A stretch of DNA of 64,000 bases, taken from positions 96,001 to 160,000 of the forward strand of contig JBCBUK010000008.1 of assembly GCA_039818205.1 (NCBI GenBank), given 5' to 3'. The first letter of the stretch is position 1. Every line of letters begins with the position of its first letter. This document shows positions 51,889 through 61,548 of this stretch, piece by piece. This stretch comes from Verrucomicrobiota bacterium. Its GTDB lineage: Bacteria > Verrucomicrobiota > Verrucomicrobiia > Opitutales > Cerasicoccaceae. Made by a program: the position numbers and the translations under genes. Below the pieces are notes generated by a model. It worked only from the letters and a program-made list of their open reading frames with translations, had not been told where the DNA came from and did not search any database.

Positions 51889-51927
51889 GCACTAACGTGT
51901 TAGTGTCTGGCTGAAACTTATCCAGCC

Positions 51928-52266
51928 ATGATTCATTCAGACTATCAACCCAACTATCGGCCCCAAGCGACATCACTTGGAGCCAACACTAATAACCAAG
52001 CTGATATCCGGAAATTGGAAAATGAAGTCGACCGTCTATCGATCATTTGCGAGGCACTTTGGGAGTTCATTCGAGAACGCCACGGCCTACAAGAGATTGA
52101 TCTGATTGAGAAAATGACCCAAATAGACCTACAGGATGGACACCTTGATGGCAAGAAGCGCAAGGAAGATGGACCGCGGGTGTGCAAGCGTTGCGAACGC
52201 ACCATGCTTACTGACCGGCCGGTGTGTCTCTACTGCGGCGAGGTTTCGCTTCAGAACCCTTTTTAG
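51928..52266 (+). CDS. Hypothetical protein with C-terminal zinc ribbon
   Basis: CKRC-x9-CLYCG; IDLQDGHLDGK. Confidence 0.7.
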   Translation: MIHSDYQPNYRPQATSLGANTNNQADIRKLENEVDRLSIICEALWEFIRERHGLQEIDLIEKMTQIDLQDGHLDGKKRKEDGPRVCKRCERTMLTDRPVCLYCGEVSLQNPF

Positions 52267-52358
52267 CCGGTTTGGGCTGGACGGTGCCTGATCGATCCAT
52301 ATTCGATAAAGGACGCTCTACAAGAAAGACTACTGTTCCAGACACCAATTCGTTGCCC

Positions 52359-54773
52359 ATGGTTCAACCGAAATCCCTCTTCCGGCCTACCGTCACTGCG
52401 TTCGTGACGGTGTTTCTTTTATTGCTTAGTTTAGCGGCAATTCGTGCACAAACCATCACTGACATCATCTTGGTCAACGCTGATACGGATTCAGATATCG
52501 AAGCCCTTTCGAACGGATTTGTAATCAATTTGGCAGAAATCGGTGATCAAATCAACTTACGAGCAGATGTCACGACCGAGCCTGGAAGTATTTCTTTTGC
52601 GCTCTCGGGAGCAGAATATTTCGAAAACACGGAGAACCGGTTTCCATTTGCGCTCAAGGGCGATGCGTCGGGAGATTATCTGGTTTGGCGCCCGTCAACG
52701 GGTGACTATACGGTTACCATTGAAGCGTTTTCATTGGAGGAAGGCGGCGGCGAGATGCTCGATAGCCGCACAATTTCGTTCTCAATAATTAACCAAACAA
52801 CAACGCCTTTTGTCCTTCTGGTGGACAAGGGAGTCGGCTCCGGAGACTATCGCGTCGGCTCAGAGGTCATCATTGCTGCTAGTCCAGCGCCCGAAGGCCA
52901 CAAGTTTCGCCGTTGGGAAGGTGACGTCGACGGGATAAAGAATGTGTGGCACTCGAAGACGACGTTATTGATGCCCGAAAAGGATATCGCGATCAAGGCC
53001 ACCTATCGGAAGATTCCGGGAACCGTTGAGGTCAGCGGAGTTCTCGAACAGTGGCATAAAGTTACCGTCGACCTCATCGGCCCAGAATCGTCCGAATCGG
53101 CTTCTCCGAACCCGTTTATGGACTTCCGTTACCAGGTGCTTTTTACCGGCCCAAGTGGCCAACAGTTTGATGTGCCTGGTTTTTTCGCAGGAAACGGAAT
53201 AGGAGGTGCACAAGGCGATGTTTGGCGGGCCTTTTTTAGCCCAAACGAAAGTGGTGAGTGGCAGTACCAGATCAGCTTCCGAAAGGGCCCAGAAGTCGCG
53301 ATTGCTTTGGATGCCGAGGCGGGCGAAGCAGTTGAGCCATTCGACGCGATTGAGGGAACGTTTTCGGTCGAAAAGTCATCCGCAGAAGCACCTGATTTTC
53401 GCGCATCGGAACGCGGTTTACTCATCAATCGCGGCGGCCACTACCTCACGTTTTCCAATGGTGTACCTTTCTTTTATGCGGGTACGGGAATTCCTGAAAA
53501 CATTCTGGGCTATCGCGGTTTTGACAACACTACTTTGGGCATCGGGCACGAGTTTAAAGTCCATGAGAAAGACTACCGGGAAGGCGACCCAGATTGGACC
53601 AACGATACCGGAGAAAACGGCAAGGCGCTTATTGGAGCGATCAACTACCTTAGCGAACAAGGGAACAACACGCTCTATTTTTTGCCGATGAATCTCGGTG
53701 GCGATGGCAAGGATACCTTTCCAATGATCTCTCCAACCGAAAAGACGCGCTACGACCTTTCGAAACTCGCGCAATGGGAGATCTTCTTCGATTACGCGCA
53801 ATCGAAAGGCCAGTTTCTCAACGTATTGCTCGCTGAAACAGAACATGAAAACGAGTATTTTTGGGATAACGGCGAAAAGAATCTAGGTCCCGAGCGGCGG
53901 TTATTCTACCGCATGGTAAACGCATTGATGGGCCATCACAACGGAATCAAGTATGTCATTTCCGAAGAGGTCAGTTACCCGAAGGATTTGCGGGACGAAT
54001 ACATGGCCTTCTTGAAGGAACCAACAATCAACCCCTACGATCACCCAGTCACCTTCCATACCGGAAATGAAACGAATCCGCATTCATACCTGGAACACCT
54101 GGGGAATCAACATCTAGACACCACCTCGACGCAGGCTAATTACAACGACGAACGGATGTTTGATTATGTGCAAGAACTCCGGGCCAAAAGCGCAAAAGCG
54201 GGTGAGCCTTGGGTGGCCCATTTTGATGAACCTCAGAAAATCGAGAACGATAACGAAGACTACAAGCACGGCTACCCGCTTGGTCGGAGGAGTAAAATGT
54301 GGCCATTCTTCATGGGCGGTGGCAGTGGGTTTTCCTGGTATATTCAAAAGGATGGCGGCGGGCACGGCTTCGATCAAAGAATCGAAGACTTCACGATAAT
54401 GAAGAATGCACTTAACTGGAGCCGAATCGCTCGAAACTTCTTCGAGTCATTGCCAGTCCAGAAGATGCAGGCGAGCAAGTCGCTCGCAACCTCGTCGAAG
54501 GGTGGAACCACCCTCGCATTTTTCCAACCGGGCGAAATCTACACCGTGTACAATACTGCGAATGGCGGACCGCTAGAAATTGATTTACAGGGGGTCGATG
54601 GAGAATTTTCAGTCGAATGGTTCAATCCGCGAACCGGTGATTATTTAGCTGGTGATGTTGCCCAGGTAGCCGGCGGCAAAACGACCCCGCTCGGCAGTGC
54701 TCCCAAAGAAAAGGATCAAGATTGGGCAGTTGTCCTAAAACGGCTTTCGCCAGCAACGGAGTCGAAGAAGTAA
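52359..54773 (+). CDS. Secreted multidomain protein: Ig-like modules, DUF5060, glycoside-hydrolase-like barrel, C-terminal collagen-binding-like domain
   Basis: Signal peptide; EQWHKVTVD...NPFMD...VPGFFAG...WRAFF (DUF5060); WFNPRTG and DWAVVL at the C-terminus. Confidence 0.7.
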   Translation: MVQPKSLFRPTVTAFVTVFLLLLSLAAIRAQTITDIILVNADTDSDIEALSNGFVINLAEIGDQINLRADVTTEPGSISFALSGAEYFENTENRFPFALKGDASGDYLVWRPSTGDYTVTIEAFSLEEGGGEMLDSRTISFSIINQTTTPFVLLVDKGVGSGDYRVGSEVIIAASPAPEGHKFRRWEGDVDGIKNVWHSKTTLLMPEKDIAIKATYRKIPGTVEVSGVLEQWHKVTVDLIGPESSESASPNPFMDFRYQVLFTGPSGQQFDVPGFFAGNGIGGAQGDVWRAFFSPNESGEWQYQISFRKGPEVAIALDAEAGEAVEPFDAIEGTFSVEKSSAEAPDFRASERGLLINRGGHYLTFSNGVPFFYAGTGIPENILGYRGFDNTTLGIGHEFKVHEKDYREGDPDWTNDTGENGKALIGAINYLSEQGNNTLYFLPMNLGGDGKDTFPMISPTEKTRYDLSKLAQWEIFFDYAQSKGQFLNVLLAETEHENEYFWDNGEKNLGPERRLFYRMVNALMGHHNGIKYVISEEVSYPKDLRDEYMAFLKEPTINPYDHPVTFHTGNETNPHSYLEHLGNQHLDTTSTQANYNDERMFDYVQELRAKSAKAGEPWVAHFDEPQKIENDNEDYKHGYPLGRRSKMWPFFMGGGSGFSWYIQKDGGGHGFDQRIEDFTIMKNALNWSRIARNFFESLPVQKMQASKSLATSSKGGTTLAFFQPGEIYTVYNTANGGPLEIDLQGVDGEFSVEWFNPRTGDYLAGDVAQVAGGKTTPLGSAPKEKDQDWAVVLKRLSPATESKK

Positions 54774-54815
54774 GATTTCCCCACTTGCCTTCCACCCAAT
54801 TGGACGGCTCCACCA

Positions 54816-55718
54816 ATGAGTTCTCCAACTTCTGCATCGATCAAATCGACCTTGGCCATTACACTGATCTTGTGGTTGCTATCGCCAAGCTTCTACTGGT
54901 TGTGGGCGGACGCGACTCCTATTGGTAGCTCGTTTTTGCCTCCACTTAGTATTGGCCAACGAATCCTTCTAGCTCCCCACCTGGTTATGGAGCAAATGGG
55001 CTACTGGCTTTGGCCATTTGGGCGGGAGCCATTGATTCTCTCATTTCGGCCCGAGGCGGTAATGCGCTTGGGGCTATTCTATTGGTTGGTTGTTGTATTG
55101 GTATTACGCCTTGCTTGGCGCTTAAAAAAAATCGACCCGGCTATTACGTGGGGAATCGTATGCGCACTCATCAGCTTAATTCCCTTCAGTGGATTGATTC
55201 CACACTGGGTAATGGCTTTTGATACATTTCCGATTCTTTTCGCTGGTCTCGGGTTGTCGTTTGGCTTTGGCGCGGTAATCGCCCGGGCACTAGCAATCTG
55301 GAGGCAGCCAACTGATCCACGTGATCCCCGAGGCAGAGTTCGTCGCCAACTTTGGTGCTTTGCTAGTTTAGTAATTGGGATCTGGTCCCTCGCTCTTGCC
55401 GGAAATCTGGTTGTGCAAGCCACTCAAACGTGGCCAGAGCGGCTTGCGAAACTCCAATCAGCGAACGCGAATGACGTCGTCGTAGCCGTTGAGAGCGCAC
55501 GCCAACTCGCACTGAACGGAAAAGATGATGACGCTGAGTCGCTGATAGTTCGATGCGGACAGGCTATGCCATGGTATCCCGAAATTCCGATTGTGAAGGC
55601 CAATATACTGCTTATGCGCGGACACTCCGAGGATGCAATTATCCAGCTAAACCGGGCACTTGAACTGCACCCCGATCACGCCAAAGCAATCCAGCTACTA
55701 GAATCAGACTCCAATTAG
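54816..55718 (+). CDS. Membrane protein with C-terminal TPR repeats (resembles the C-terminal half of TMTC-like proteins)
   Basis: About 5 TM segments, WLWP motif, RALELHPDHAKA TPR. Confidence 0.55.
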   Translation: MSSPTSASIKSTLAITLILWLLSPSFYWLWADATPIGSSFLPPLSIGQRILLAPHLVMEQMGYWLWPFGREPLILSFRPEAVMRLGLFYWLVVVLVLRLAWRLKKIDPAITWGIVCALISLIPFSGLIPHWVMAFDTFPILFAGLGLSFGFGAVIARALAIWRQPTDPRDPRGRVRRQLWCFASLVIGIWSLALAGNLVVQATQTWPERLAKLQSANANDVVVAVESARQLALNGKDDDAESLIVRCGQAMPWYPEIPIVKANILLMRGHSEDAIIQLNRALELHPDHAKAIQLLESDSN

Positions 55719-56441
55719 CTAGCGTTGGCACTCGACTCGGAAGAAGGTCCAAGACGCAACGACGCCTCGCATACCAACACGATATCTTTCGTCATATTCG
55801 CGAATGATTCTCCGCAATGCTCCCGCGGAAAGGGTTCCTCGTCTAACGGCTCCTATTCCGTGCAGACTACGCAACAATGCTAGAGCATCCGGATAAAAAA
55901 ACTCTCGTTTAATTGACTCCGAACGAACGACCAGAAGGCCAGCCTCTTCAATCGAATTGATCCATACGGCTGGGTCATACCACTGCAATGGGCTGACATC
56001 GTCATCCAAGAACTCGTAGAGCTCAGGAAGGCTGGGATTCACGTAGAAACCGTGAAGCATTCTTCCACGGCTTCGTAACTGCAGCTTCCAATTTTTTATC
56101 GTGTCATAGGGGTCGGGACTCCACTGCGCCAAACTGGACGACATGAGTGTATCACAGCATCCAATAGATGGATCGTGCTTCCACGCATTCCCCACTTGCC
56201 AATTGATATTCGGCAAACTTTTTTGTCCGAGACCGACCATGCGCTCGGCGATATCAACTGCCGTGTAAGAATCGAAGTGTGGCCAGGCCTGACGGGTAAA
56301 CATGCCTTCGCCTGGACCAAACTCAAGTGCGTCACCACACTTATCCGGTAGCCATTCGGCTAGCCAGTTAGCCATCTCCCGTTGGACGCCAGCATGCTTC
56401 ACATAGCGTTCCGCACAATCGTTAAACCGCAACACAAGCAA
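55719..56441 (-). CDS. bioC: Malonyl-ACP O-methyltransferase BioC
   Basis: Y..HAGVQ, LEFGPGEG, DIAERM, SSLAQW, LLRSLHGIGA; last gene of the bio operon. Confidence 0.8.
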   Translation of the reverse strand: MLVLRFNDCAERYVKHAGVQREMANWLAEWLPDKCGDALEFGPGEGMFTRQAWPHFDSYTAVDIAERMVGLGQKSLPNINWQVGNAWKHDPSIGCCDTLMSSSLAQWSPDPYDTIKNWKLQLRSRGRMLHGFYVNPSLPELYEFLDDDVSPLQWYDPAVWINSIEEAGLLVVRSESIKREFFYPDALALLRSLHGIGAVRRGTLSAGALRRIIREYDERYRVGMRGVVASWTFFRVECQR

Positions 56442-57045
56442 CCTCCTTTACCAAATCGCGCAAATCATGGCCAACGCCAGTGACCACTTTAGTTTTCGCC
56501 CATTGGTTCTCAATAAACCGAGCGTCGGTCACCGCATCCTGTTCCCCGATTATCATCGAGATGTCCGCAGTTTCCGCCGGGACTTCGACTGGCTCGTCGT
56601 CCAACTGTTTGATTCCCCAAACTAACTGCTCGACGCTGCAAGGAAGTTCCATGTCGGAATCCATCGGAGGAATTCCGACTTGCTTCCGAAAATCAGAGAG
56701 TGCCGCACGTGGATCTCGCTGCAACCAGCGAACCAATACTTTCAGACGACGCCCGTCAAACCGACCTCCAAGATTTTCTTCCGCCTTAAAACTGACGATT
56801 GGCGAAAATAATACTGTTGGAATGTCGGGCAACTTTTCCAAATCACGAAGGATCAAAAACGACCCCAAGGAATAGCCCAGTAAACGTCTAATTGGTTGCG
56901 TTGCAACGACCCTATGGAGCTCATCAAGCCATTCAGGGCCAGGACAAATAACGAAATGCTGCACACCGGGAACCTGTTCATTCACCAGGTTCTGAATCTC
57001 TTCTTTAGAGAATCCCCAGCCGCCTATCCAAAGCCAAGCCGTCAT
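56422..57045 (-). CDS. Probable pimeloyl-ACP methyl ester esterase (BioH/BioG-like alpha/beta hydrolase)
   Basis: GGWG, nucleophile GYSLG, GEQD, GH; lies between bioF and bioC. Confidence 0.7.
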   Translation of the reverse strand: MTAWLWIGGWGFSKEEIQNLVNEQVPGVQHFVICPGPEWLDELHRVVATQPIRRLLGYSLGSFLILRDLEKLPDIPTVLFSPIVSFKAEENLGGRFDGRRLKVLVRWLQRDPRAALSDFRKQVGIPPMDSDMELPCSVEQLVWGIKQLDDEPVEVPAETADISMIIGEQDAVTDARFIENQWAKTKVVTGVGHDLRDLVKEVACVAV

Positions 57046-58181
57046 TGCCTAACCTCCTGCAAGCTCGCGACCAAACCGTCGATTTGATCATCACTCAGCC
57101 CCATGTTAAGAGATATTCGTAGGCGGCTACTACCGGCTGGTACCGTTGGCGGGCGGATCGCACCAACTACGAAACCACGATCGCGCAGTAACCCTGCGAT
57201 TTTCATCGTTTCACGGTTGTCGCCAATTTCCACTGGGATGATCGGAGAGTCACCTGCTTGAGCACCAGCGATTCGACGCCTCAACGAACGCGATCTTTCT
57301 TGCCAACGCAGCCGATCAGGTTCCATTGATTCGACGAGGTCAACTGCAGCTCGGGCGCCAGCAGCACAAGCGGGAGCTAAATAGGTCGAGTAGATAAACT
57401 CGCCTGAAAAGTTGATGAAAAAATCGCGATAACATGCTTTGCGAAACAAAGTGAAAGCTCCCATCGAGCCAAGCCCCTTGCCTAGCGTCCCGACAAAAAC
57501 ATCAACGTGCTTTCCGATACCAACGGACTCGACCAGGCCACTACCGCGTTTCCCATACCAACCAATCGCATGGGCTTCGTCGACGATCCAGATGAAACCA
57601 AAGCGCTCCTTGAGTTCTGCGATTCGCTCGAGATTCGGATAGTCGCCATCCATCGAGAAAACACTTTCAGTAACAACAAAAACAGCGCGATCGGGTGATG
57701 CTTTTTCGAGCAGGGACTCAAGGTGATCGCAATCTAGATGACGATACCGCTGGAGTCGGGCCCCAGATCGTAGCAAACCGCTGATCATGCTTTGGTGAAT
57801 TAAGCGATCCGCTAGGACGAGATCGCCCTTTTCGGGCAGCTGACTGAGAACCGCCTGGTTCGCGGCATAGCCGGAGTTCCACACTAACCCGAACGGAAAT
57901 CCCGCCCATTCACAAAGGCGCAATTCCAATGCAGAATGCTCCGAGGTGTAGCCCGAAATCAAGGGCGACGCAGATGCTGAAACACCCCATTCCTCAGTTG
58001 CGCGTTTGGCAGCTTGCAATACTTGAGGGTGAGACGCGATTCTGAGGTAGTCATTGTTTGAGAGATCAATCAACCCAGAATCCGCTACTCGCGGGCTCAG
58101 TGAACGCAGAGTGCCATCCTGCTGGCGTCGCTCCAGCGCGGACTTAATCCGGTCATCAATCTGATTGCTTAGTTCAACCAC
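57042..58181 (-). CDS. bioF: 8-amino-7-oxononanoate synthase
   Basis: SNNDYL, SGYAAN, ESVFSMDGD, DEAH, GTLGKG, IRPPTVP; probable GTG start at 58181. Confidence 0.93.
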   Translation of the reverse strand: MVELSNQIDDRIKSALERRQQDGTLRSLSPRVADSGLIDLSNNDYLRIASHPQVLQAAKRATEEWGVSASASPLISGYTSEHSALELRLCEWAGFPFGLVWNSGYAANQAVLSQLPEKGDLVLADRLIHQSMISGLLRSGARLQRYRHLDCDHLESLLEKASPDRAVFVVTESVFSMDGDYPNLERIAELKERFGFIWIVDEAHAIGWYGKRGSGLVESVGIGKHVDVFVGTLGKGLGSMGAFTLFRKACYRDFFINFSGEFIYSTYLAPACAAGARAAVDLVESMEPDRLRWQERSRSLRRRIAGAQAGDSPIIPVEIGDNRETMKIAGLLRDRGFVVGAIRPPTVPAGSSRLRISLNMGLSDDQIDGLVASLQEVRQ

Positions 58182-58837
58182 GACGCCTCCACGATCTCGG
58201 GTTGGAGTGATTGATAGCTCTGGCATCCCCACAATGGGAAATCAAGCGTGGCAAGCGTTTTACGATTAACGGAAAGAACATCTTCCGGTGTTGAATCCAC
58301 AACTTGATTCAGCCACCAACCAGCATTCAGGCTCCGCGTCGTTGAGAACTCAGCGAGCAAGCGGGCCTGATTGATCGCGCCGAGGCGATCGTCGACGACG
58401 AGGCAAACATAAGTCGCGTCGATCGCTTGAGCGAAGTCTCCCCAGTCACGAGGAGATCTCGAGTTCTCTAAGGGCACGGCAACGCCACCCGCACCTTCCA
58501 CCAACTTCCAATCGGCCGGAGGAAGTTCGCGAAACAGGTCGACAGCGGTTTCAAACGATAACGCCTCGCCATCGAACTCAGCTGCTTGAACCGGAGCCAT
58601 CGGCCGTCGGTAACGCAACAGGCGATGGAAGCTTATTCCATCAATATTGCTACCATGCTCTACCAATTGATTCTCAATCCACTCAGTGTCACCAGCTTCC
58701 GATTCCTCAATGCCCGTTTCGACGACCTTTACGACCTGAATAGTTGCGGCCTTTTCGAGTAAAAGGCGCGCAAGGGTCGCCGTGACCCAGGTCTTACCGG
58801 ATCCGGTATCGTTTGCGGATATGAAAACAGTCGGCAT
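58169..58837 (-). CDS. bioD: Dethiobiotin synthase
   Basis: DTGSGKT, VEGAGG, LGAINQA. Confidence 0.92.
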   Translation of the reverse strand: MPTVFISANDTGSGKTWVTATLARLLLEKAATIQVVKVVETGIEESEAGDTEWIENQLVEHGSNIDGISFHRLLRYRRPMAPVQAAEFDGEALSFETAVDLFRELPPADWKLVEGAGGVAVPLENSRSPRDWGDFAQAIDATYVCLVVDDRLGAINQARLLAEFSTTRSLNAGWWLNQVVDSTPEDVLSVNRKTLATLDFPLWGCQSYQSLQPEIVEASWLN

Positions 58838-58843
58838 TTGTTG

Positions 58844-59914
58844 CTAGGCCTTTGTTGCGGGCTCGTGATCGTGGTCACATTCACCACCACACGCGTGAGC
58901 CCAGTAGCCTTCGCCCTCGGCTAGGTGTTCTGTAAAGGGATCTTCTTGGCCGTCGGCCGCAGCGTGAATCGCACGCGCGTCATCGGGATCAAGGGAATGT
59001 AGACCCAATCGATCCAAGAGCTTCCGGTCATCCGATTGACTTGGGTTCTCAGTCGTCAACAGCTTGTCACCAAGGAAGATGCTATTGGCTCCCGCTAGGT
59101 AACAAAGCGTTTGTAGTTCATCATTCATTTGGGTGCGTCCAGCAGAAAGGCGAACCATCGCTTTCGGCATAATGATACGGGCGGTCGCAATCGTCCGAAC
59201 AAACTCAATGCTATCGACAAACTCCTGTCCTTCCAAAGGCGTACCCTCGACGGCAACAAGTGCGTTGATCGGAACCGAATCCGGTTGTGGGTCCATGTCG
59301 GCCAACTCCTTGAGCATCATGAGGCGGTCGTCAATACTCTCTCCCATCCCAAGAATCCCGCCGCTGCAAACTTCCATTCCTGCGGCGCGCACATTGGCGA
59401 TCGTTTCCAGGCGGTCGTCATAGGTCCGGGTCGTAATAATCTTTGAATAATACTCACGCGAGGTGTCTAGGTTGTGGTTATAGACGTCACAACCCGCTTC
59501 TTTCAGCCGTTTCGCTTGATCCGCATCCAGCATACCCAACGTGCAGCAAACCTCGAGGCCCATATCTTTAACGCCGCTAACGGTTTCGATGATATTTTCG
59601 AACTGCGCATTATCGTAAACTCGACGCCATGCAGCCCCCATACAGAATCGCGTGGCACCACCAGTCTTCGCCGCTAACGCATCGCGGAGAATGACCGGCG
59701 TATTCATGAGTTTCTCCGGCTCGACAAACGTCTTATTGTGGGCTGATTGCGGGCAATAAGCACAGTCTTCCGGGCAGCGACCCGTCTTGATCGACTTCAA
59801 CGTGCAGAGCTGGACCCCTGCCGGATCTTGAAACTTTTGGTGGACCTGCTGAGCTCGAAAAATGAGCGTGGTCATTGGCTGGTTATAGATCTCGCGTATT
59901 TCTTCTAGTGTCAT
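58844..59914 (-). CDS. bioB: Biotin synthase
   Basis: [40 protein letters not shown]. Confidence 0.98.
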   Translation of the reverse strand: MTLEEIREIYNQPMTTLIFRAQQVHQKFQDPAGVQLCTLKSIKTGRCPEDCAYCPQSAHNKTFVEPEKLMNTPVILRDALAAKTGGATRFCMGAAWRRVYDNAQFENIIETVSGVKDMGLEVCCTLGMLDADQAKRLKEAGCDVYNHNLDTSREYYSKIITTRTYDDRLETIANVRAAGMEVCSGGILGMGESIDDRLMMLKELADMDPQPDSVPINALVAVEGTPLEGQEFVDSIEFVRTIATARIIMPKAMVRLSAGRTQMNDELQTLCYLAGANSIFLGDKLLTTENPSQSDDRKLLDRLGLHSLDPDDARAIHAAADGQEDPFTEHLAEGEGYWAHACGGECDHDHEPATKA

Positions 59915-59943
59915 GACATGCGTTTGGTTGAGTAGTGTATTTT

Positions 59944-61314
59944 TTAAATATATGCTTTGTCTCGCAAAGTGGCCAGCAATCCCTGTTCGAGGAATTCAAG
60001 TTCATCGGGCGAAATGATATGGGGCGGAACAATCAACAAGCTATCCCCAAGGGGCCGCAGCAGGATTCCACGTTCGCGCAGCGCAATACAAAAGTGCATC
60101 CCACGGCGCTTATTCGAATCTCCTTCGGGAAGGTCGATTGCGCCCGTCAGGCCACGTTGCCGCAAAGAAAATGAATCGGGCAAGGCGGACTGCATCCGAC
60201 TAAAAAAAGCTCCAAAATGCTCGATTGTTTGAGCCAATTGCCGGGATGCGATCATCCGCTCAAGTTTTTCGATGCTTTTCAGCGCCACCGAACATCCCAA
60301 GGGATTTCCGGTAAATGTATGACCGTGAAAAAATGCACGATACTCGCCAAACTCCCCAAGGAACGCCTGATAAATACGCTCGCTCGTAACGGTTGCCGCC
60401 AGGGGGAGGTAGCCGGCGGTTAACCCCTTCGCCAGACAATAAAAATCGGCAGACACATCTTCTTCGCGCCCAACCAACATCGGGCCACAACGGCCAAATC
60501 CAACGAATACCTCGTCCAGAATCAGATGGATGCCATGCGCTTTGCACCGCTTCTCCAGTTCCTTCAGAAACCCCTTCGGCATCAATCGCATCCCCCCTGC
60601 CCCTTGAACCCAAGGTTCCACGATAATCGAGGCGACGGTCTCACCATGCTCACGTAAGATATCGTCAAGCGCAGCAAGCGAACTCGCGCTATCTTCAAAG
60701 GAAACCTTGCCATTGACCTCTTCGCAACGGGGTGCGGGGATCCGTTCGACAGGAAATTGCCATTTGCTGAATCGCTCATGGAACACACCGCAATCGCCAA
60801 CGGACATCGTTCCAAAAGTGTCGCCATGGTAGGCGTTGCTCAACCCGATCACCCGGGTTCTCTGGGACTCACCGATCAACTGGAAATACTGAAACGATAG
60901 CTTGAGCGCGATCTCGACGGCATTGGATCCATTATCCGAATAAAACACCCGATCCAAACCGGAAATGTCACATAAGGTCTGGGCTAACATCGCTCCTGGT
61001 TTGTGCCCTAAACCAAGGTAAGTGCTGTGAGCGACTCTAGTTAATTGGTCCCTGATTACTTGATCGATTTCAGGATCTTGGTGCCCATGAACATTGGTCC
61101 AAATCGAGGCATTCGCATCAAGGTATCGCTTCCCATCGCGATCAAACAACCAACTCCCTTTTCCGCTTTCAATCTGGACCCTCGGGAGCGAAAGGTATTC
61201 CTGCATTTGCGTAAATGGATGCCAGGTGTGCATAGAATCCATCTGATCGGCGGACTCCCGTGACCTCCGGTCTAAGGTCTGCTTGGATTCTACAACTGGT
61301 TCATTTGAAAGCAT
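59944..61314 (-). CDS. bioA: Adenosylmethionine--8-amino-7-oxononanoate transaminase
   Basis: [44 protein letters not shown]; start 61314 or 61335 (the track start falls inside the operator). Confidence 0.95.
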   Translation of the reverse strand: MLSNEPVVESKQTLDRRSRESADQMDSMHTWHPFTQMQEYLSLPRVQIESGKGSWLFDRDGKRYLDANASIWTNVHGHQDPEIDQVIRDQLTRVAHSTYLGLGHKPGAMLAQTLCDISGLDRVFYSDNGSNAVEIALKLSFQYFQLIGESQRTRVIGLSNAYHGDTFGTMSVGDCGVFHERFSKWQFPVERIPAPRCEEVNGKVSFEDSASSLAALDDILREHGETVASIIVEPWVQGAGGMRLMPKGFLKELEKRCKAHGIHLILDEVFVGFGRCGPMLVGREEDVSADFYCLAKGLTAGYLPLAATVTSERIYQAFLGEFGEYRAFFHGHTFTGNPLGCSVALKSIEKLERMIASRQLAQTIEHFGAFFSRMQSALPDSFSLRQRGLTGAIDLPEGDSNKRRGMHFCIALRERGILLRPLGDSLLIVPPHIISPDELEFLEQGLLATLRDKAYI

Positions 61315-61346
61315 GCTTAACGGTGAACTTAGCATTAGATTTCCTT

Positions 61347-61377
61347 TTGTTAAGCCAAAAATTGAATTGGTTAACAA
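61347..61377. promoter_or_regulatory. BirA-type biotin operator
   Basis: TTGTTAAG-N15-GTTAACAA, one mismatch to TGTtAAC-N14-16-GTTaACA, directly upstream of bioA. Confidence 0.8.
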
Positions 61378-61548
61378 CTTGCGGTGATACCAAACACGGT
61401 TGAACTCCGACTCATTGGTCGATCTAAAATAACTCCCGTGAGGCGGAAATTTAGCTAAGTGCCGGGAAATTTAGAATTTGACAATAGACTGCCATTAGAA
61501 GTTTATCTCCTAATACAAGCACAGCCCAAATAAATTTAGACTTATTCT

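Noticed and set aside
52224..52358. N-terminal extension of track ORF 52224..54773
   Set aside because: Overlaps the upstream gene; the signal peptide fits a start at ATG 52359
61378..61548. Cobalamin riboswitch upstream of the surface protein (CCGGGAA and AGACTGCC fragments)
   Set aside because: Core elements (CCCGCnACTGT, GCCACTG...GGGAAG, AGYCAG box) are not present in order; a covariance search would be needed to exclude a divergent form
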